From assembly GCA_040755995.1 (NCBI GenBank), contig JBFMAF010000052.1, positions 1-64,000 of the forward strand: a stretch of DNA of 64,000 nt, in the 5' to 3' direction. Positions within the stretch are counted from its first letter, which is position 1. Each line of letters begins with the position of its first letter. This DNA is from Acidobacteriota bacterium (GTDB taxonomy: Bacteria > Acidobacteriota > CAIWXX01). A program made the position numbers and the translations under genes. Shown here in pieces: positions 60,230 to 64,000 of this stretch. The notes below the pieces were generated by a model. That model saw only the letters and a program-made list of their open reading frames with translations, was not told the DNA's origin and ran no database searches.

Positions 60230-61210
60230 ATGGGCTTGCTCGCGACACCGCTCACACGCCACGCGGGAATCGAATTCCCGATCATCTGCGGCGCGATGTA
60301 CCCGTGCGGGAATCCGGAGCTCGTGGCGGCAGTGTCGGAGGCCGGCGGCATCGGCATTCTGCAGCCGGTCTCCCTCACGTATGTCCACGGCCACGAGTTT
60401 CGCGCGGGGATTCGTTTCGTGCGCAGCCTCACGTCGAAGCCGATCGGGATGAATGCGCTGATCGAAAGCTCGTCGAAGGCCTACCACAAGCGGATGGTCA
60501 AGTGGGTCGAGGTAGCTCTCGAAGAGGGCGTCCGCTTCTTCGTCACATCGTTGGGCAATCCGAACTGGGTGGTCGACGCGGCCCGGCCGTTGGGCGCCGT
60601 GGTGTACCATGACGTCACCGAGCGGAAGTGGGCGCTCAAGGCCCTGGACAGCGGCGTCCACGGTCTCGTCGCAGTGAACCGGCGAGCTGGTGGGCACGCG
60701 GGAGCTCTGTCACCCGAGCGGCTGATTGATGAGATCAGCGATCTCGGCGTGCCGGTCATATGCGCCGGAGGTGTTGGGAACGCGAGCGACTTCGTATCAG
60801 CCTTGCGAATGGGCTACGCCGGCGTCCAGATGGGGACGCGATTCATCGCAACGCCGGAGTGCCGCGTGAGCCAGCTCTACAAAGACGCGATTGTGCGAGC
60901 CCAGGAGGAAGATATAGTTCTGTCAGAGCGTATCACGGGTGTGCCCGTGGCGGTCATCAACACGCCGTACGTCCGGCGGGCCGGCACGAAGGCCGGCGTC
61001 TTTGCGCGCTGGATGCTTCGAGGACGCCGCACCAAGAAGTGGATGCGGACCATCTACGCCTTGCATTCAGGCTGGCAGTTGAAGCGGGCATCCCTCGACG
61101 AGTCCGGGGAGAGAGAATACTGGCAGGCCGGCAAGAGCGTCGCCGGCATCGATCGGATTGAAGCCGCCGGCGATATCGTCAGGCGATTCGCAGAAGCTGC
61201 AATGGCGTGA
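60230..61210 (+). CDS. Nitronate monooxygenase-family FMN oxidoreductase
   Basis: PIICGAM, LVAAVSEAGGIG, AGGHAG, PVICAGGV, VQMGTRFIAT. Confidence 0.92.
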   Translation: MGLLATPLTRHAGIEFPIICGAMYPCGNPELVAAVSEAGGIGILQPVSLTYVHGHEFRAGIRFVRSLTSKPIGMNALIESSSKAYHKRMVKWVEVALEEGVRFFVTSLGNPNWVVDAARPLGAVVYHDVTERKWALKALDSGVHGLVAVNRRAGGHAGALSPERLIDEISDLGVPVICAGGVGNASDFVSALRMGYAGVQMGTRFIATPECRVSQLYKDAIVRAQEEDIVLSERITGVPVAVINTPYVRRAGTKAGVFARWMLRGRRTKKWMRTIYALHSGWQLKRASLDESGEREYWQAGKSVAGIDRIEAAGDIVRRFAEAAMA

Positions 61211-61378
61211 CCGCGACGCGCGTGTGGCCCACCTTCTTGAAGGCTCCACCGCGTCTGCCCCGGCCGGTTCCGGCGGGCCCGGCCATCGTTTCGAAGCCGA
61301 TTTCTGATACGATGAACCATGCGAATGGGCTTCTCGAGCGCCAGACACCGGTTTTGTTTCGATGAGGAGGGCACGACA

Positions 61379-62383
61379 ATGATCAACAGAGTTCTCGTGG
61401 CATTTGTTCTGCTTGGCTTGCTCGTCCCGGGGTCGTACGCCGCCGACCTGGCGGGCTCGCGCGACCACCCGTTGCTCAAGCGATTCGGCGGGTCCGAGAT
61501 CGTCGCCTACGATCAGAAGCGGTTCGACGTATACGAATTGCAGACCTCGACCTTCAAGAGCTACAGCCTCTCGACCAATACTCGCGAGTTCGCCAGCCCG
61601 CCGCTGAAGCTCGAAGGAACGGTCACGCGCATCTGGTACGAGGCGGCCGGCGACGCCAGCGCGGTTGAGGTGATACGTAACTATCAGAACGAAATGAAAT
61701 CCGCTGGATTTGAAGTCCTCTACGATTCCAGCGCCGACCGGTCAGCGACGCGCTGGGTCAACTTCCTCGCGCCATTCTCGCAAACGAAGATCAACAGCAG
61801 CCGCGGGTACTACATCTTCTACGCAGCTGACAAGGATGGAATCCGCACTCTCAGTGCCGTGTTGAAGCGGGCCGAAGGAGATGTGTACGTCTACCTCACG
61901 GCCGTGGACTGGGCCAAGGATGACGCCGTGTACAAGGCGAAGCGCGGGGCCTACGTGGCCGTTGACATCATCGAGGTCAAGCCCATGGTGCAGAACATGA
62001 TACTGGTCAGCGCCGACGGAATGTCGAGCGCGATCAAGGGCAGCGGCCGCGTCGCGCTGTACGGAATCCTCTTCGACTTCAACCGGGCCGAGATCAAGCC
62101 AGAATCCAAACCGACCCTGGAGCAGATCGCGAAATTGATGCAGCAGGATGCCAAGTTGAAATTGTGGGTGGTCGGTCACACTGACAACGTCGGCGATTTG
62201 AGCTCGAACATGGATCTCTCGCGGCGCCGCGCCGAGGCGGTGGTGGCCGCTTTGACCCGCGACTACGGCGTGGCAGCATCCCGCCTGAGCGCGCAGGGGG
62301 TGGCTTTTCTGGCTCCGGTGGCGGTAAACACCACCGACGAGGGCCGGGCGAAGAATCGGCGCGTCGAGCTCGTGCCCTGGTGA
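61379..62383 (+). CDS. OmpA-family peptidoglycan-binding protein (DUF4892-like N-terminus)
   Basis: Signal peptide; DHPLLKRF; LYGILFDFN, VVGHTDNVG, LSRRRAEAV, KNRRVEL. Confidence 0.9.
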   Translation: MINRVLVAFVLLGLLVPGSYAADLAGSRDHPLLKRFGGSEIVAYDQKRFDVYELQTSTFKSYSLSTNTREFASPPLKLEGTVTRIWYEAAGDASAVEVIRNYQNEMKSAGFEVLYDSSADRSATRWVNFLAPFSQTKINSSRGYYIFYAADKDGIRTLSAVLKRAEGDVYVYLTAVDWAKDDAVYKAKRGAYVAVDIIEVKPMVQNMILVSADGMSSAIKGSGRVALYGILFDFNRAEIKPESKPTLEQIAKLMQQDAKLKLWVVGHTDNVGDLSSNMDLSRRRAEAVVAALTRDYGVAASRLSAQGVAFLAPVAVNTTDEGRAKNRRVELVPW

Positions 62384-62607
62384 GCCGGGGATCAATAGAA
62401 GCCTCATCCGCAGTCCCACTGGCCTGCCGCGTTAGGGAGGCCCGCGTCTCGGACGCCGTTTTGAAATCTGCGCGCCGATGTGTATGATCGGCTGGTGCGC
62501 GATCGGACCCGGGCGTCGGGTAGGCTCCGGCATCAACGTAGTGGGGAGACGGCTGGGCTACAGAGTAACTGAACAAAGATGAAGGAACCGCTTTACGGTT
62601 GTGTCTA

Positions 62608-63174
62608 ATGGTGCGTGAACAGGACGATGCCGCTGTGGTACAAGGATGCCTCTCGGGTGACCGATCGTGCCAGGAGAAGCTGGTGCGGGAGAATCTCGTG
62701 ACGGTTATGAGCGTTGCCCTTGGATTCACTCGCGACCGGACCTCGGCCGAGGACCTGGCTCAGGAGGTCTTCGCGAGGGTTTTTGGGAATCTGAAGGGAT
62801 TCCGCGGCGGATCATCGCTGCGGACGTGGATCTATTCGATCGCCGTTACCCAGGGGCTAAACGCCGTGCGCAAGCGCAGGCCGGATACCCTGAAGATCGA
62901 TGAGGCCCGAGCCGTGCAAGGGGCGGAGACATCGCCTGAGCAGCGAGCACTCCAGGCAGAGCTCCATGCCGCCGTTCATCAGGCCGTCGAGAGTCTGCCC
63001 GAGAACCTGAGATCGGTGGTGGTGCTGTGTTCATTCGAGAACCGCCCAGCCGAGGAGGTGGCAGGGCTGCTGTCGATTCCGCCTGGAACGGTCTTTTCGA
63101 GGATGAGCAAGGCGAAGGAGATCCTGCGCCGGAAGCTGGCGCGATTCATGGAGCCGCAGGGAGCCGGGCGATGA
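62608..63174 (+). CDS. ECF RNA polymerase sigma factor
   Basis: AEDLAQEVF, FRGGSSLRTWIYSIA, GTVFSRMSKAK. Confidence 0.93.
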   Translation: MVREQDDAAVVQGCLSGDRSCQEKLVRENLVTVMSVALGFTRDRTSAEDLAQEVFARVFGNLKGFRGGSSLRTWIYSIAVTQGLNAVRKRRPDTLKIDEARAVQGAETSPEQRALQAELHAAVHQAVESLPENLRSVVVLCSFENRPAEEVAGLLSIPPGTVFSRMSKAKEILRRKLARFMEPQGAGR

Positions 63175-64000
63175 CAAAGTGTGATTCGGAGCTATTATCG
63201 AGCCTGGCCGGCCGGCTTGCGCCTGCCGACGGGGGCGATGCCAGGGCGCTTTCCGAGCGAGCCAAGGCCGATCCAGGCGCGTTCGGTTATCTGCCCGGGG
63301 CCGAACGCGTGTTCCTTGCGGAGCACGTCGGCGGTTGCGAGAGATGCCGCGGGCTCCTGGATGAGCAGCTCTCGGTCGGAGTCCTTCTGCGGAAGGCCTC
63401 CTTTCACCTGCCGGCTGATGTTGATGAAAAGGCTCTGCGGATGCTGGAGGAACGTATCGTGCAGCGGGAGGCGGAGCGATTCGCCGGGGCTGCGCGGGTC
63501 TCCCGGCCGCGGATTATTGAGATTCTCGACTTGGCAAAGGAGTTCATCATGTCGATCGATCCAACCAAGGGATTGAAGTACAAGTACGGCCTCGGCGGTA
63601 TTGCCATTGGAGCTGTCTTGGCATTCGTCGTGTACTTCGCTGCTCTTTATCCGTGGCCGGGCATGCAGGAGGCCGCCGGGACGATGGGGGGTGTTGAAAA
63701 AGCCGACCGGTATCGGTCTGAGCAGATGTCGGAGAGCACCATCGGGACCGAGGTTCCCACCAGCGCGGAGTACAGGGAGCAGATGCAGAAGATCCTGCAA
63801 CGGATCGATACTGCCAAACTCATGAAGGCGGCTGCGGTCGACCAGGTCGTGCAGGCCGTCAACGCTACAGGCTTCTTCAGGGGTCCCATGCAGAGCCTGA
63901 TACAGAACGCGGTCGCCGATGCCTGCCAGTCGACAGGAATCGTGGTCTGCAACAACGCGGCTCTCATGCAGGGGATTGAGCAGTCCGCGCTGGCCGGGAT
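63171..64000 (+). CDS. Zinc-binding (HxxxCxxC) anti-sigma factor with TM and extracytoplasmic region; truncated by the window edge
   Basis: Not in the ORF track. ATGA overlap with the sigma gene; MTKCDSELL...EHVGGCERC...GLGGIAIGAVLAFVVYFAALYP..., open to 64000. Confidence 0.82.
   Translation, partial: MTKCDSELLSSLAGRLAPADGGDARALSERAKADPGAFGYLPGAERVFLAEHVGGCERCRGLLDEQLSVGVLLRKASFHLPADVDEKALRMLEERIVQREAERFAGAARVSRPRIIEILDLAKEFIMSIDPTKGLKYKYGLGGIAIGAVLAFVVYFAALYPWPGMQEAAGTMGGVEKADRYRSEQMSESTIGTEVPTSAEYREQMQKILQRIDTAKLMKAAAVDQVVQAVNATGFFRGPMQSLIQNAVADACQSTGIVVCNNAALMQGIEQSALAG

Noticed and set aside
62584..62608. Autoregulatory ECF promoter GGAAC...GTCTAA
   Set aside because: The spacer is about 3 bp too short and the -10 would overlap the start codon.

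Overview
GC-rich bacterial chromosomal window. The T2SS/T4P gene order with a cohesin-tailed secretin and the three-gene sdhCAB suggest an Acidobacteriota-like organism, but this is inference only. Housekeeping blocks: pstSCAB-B-phoU with a perfect 11-bp tandem Pho-box-like repeat, hypFCDE, a CtaA-like gene, a gspF/gspE/pilMNO(P)/secretin operon, sdhCAB, and an ECF sigma with its anti-sigma gene. Between them lie secreted beta-propeller and hydrolase genes, an Rpn nuclease, a cell-surface modification island (four paralogous GT-C-like membrane proteins, a Thr-type sulfatase-fold enzyme and two SAM methyltransferases) and seven toxin-antitoxin loci, five of which have lost or broken the toxin. 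Most notable: (1) an intact response-regulator receiver fused to a catalytically intact LpxC, next to a DksA-type zinc finger-SpoIIE phosphatase fusion; (2) two PstB ATPases with complementary degenerate motifs, predicting an asymmetric importer; (3) an 80-bp TTAGG-bounded insertion that exactly disrupts a toxin ORF; (4) many intergenic gene-end remnants, one a microhomology-scrambled copy of a paralog. I found no tRNA, rRNA, cas gene or integrase. All calls come from motifs read by eye; no database search was run.
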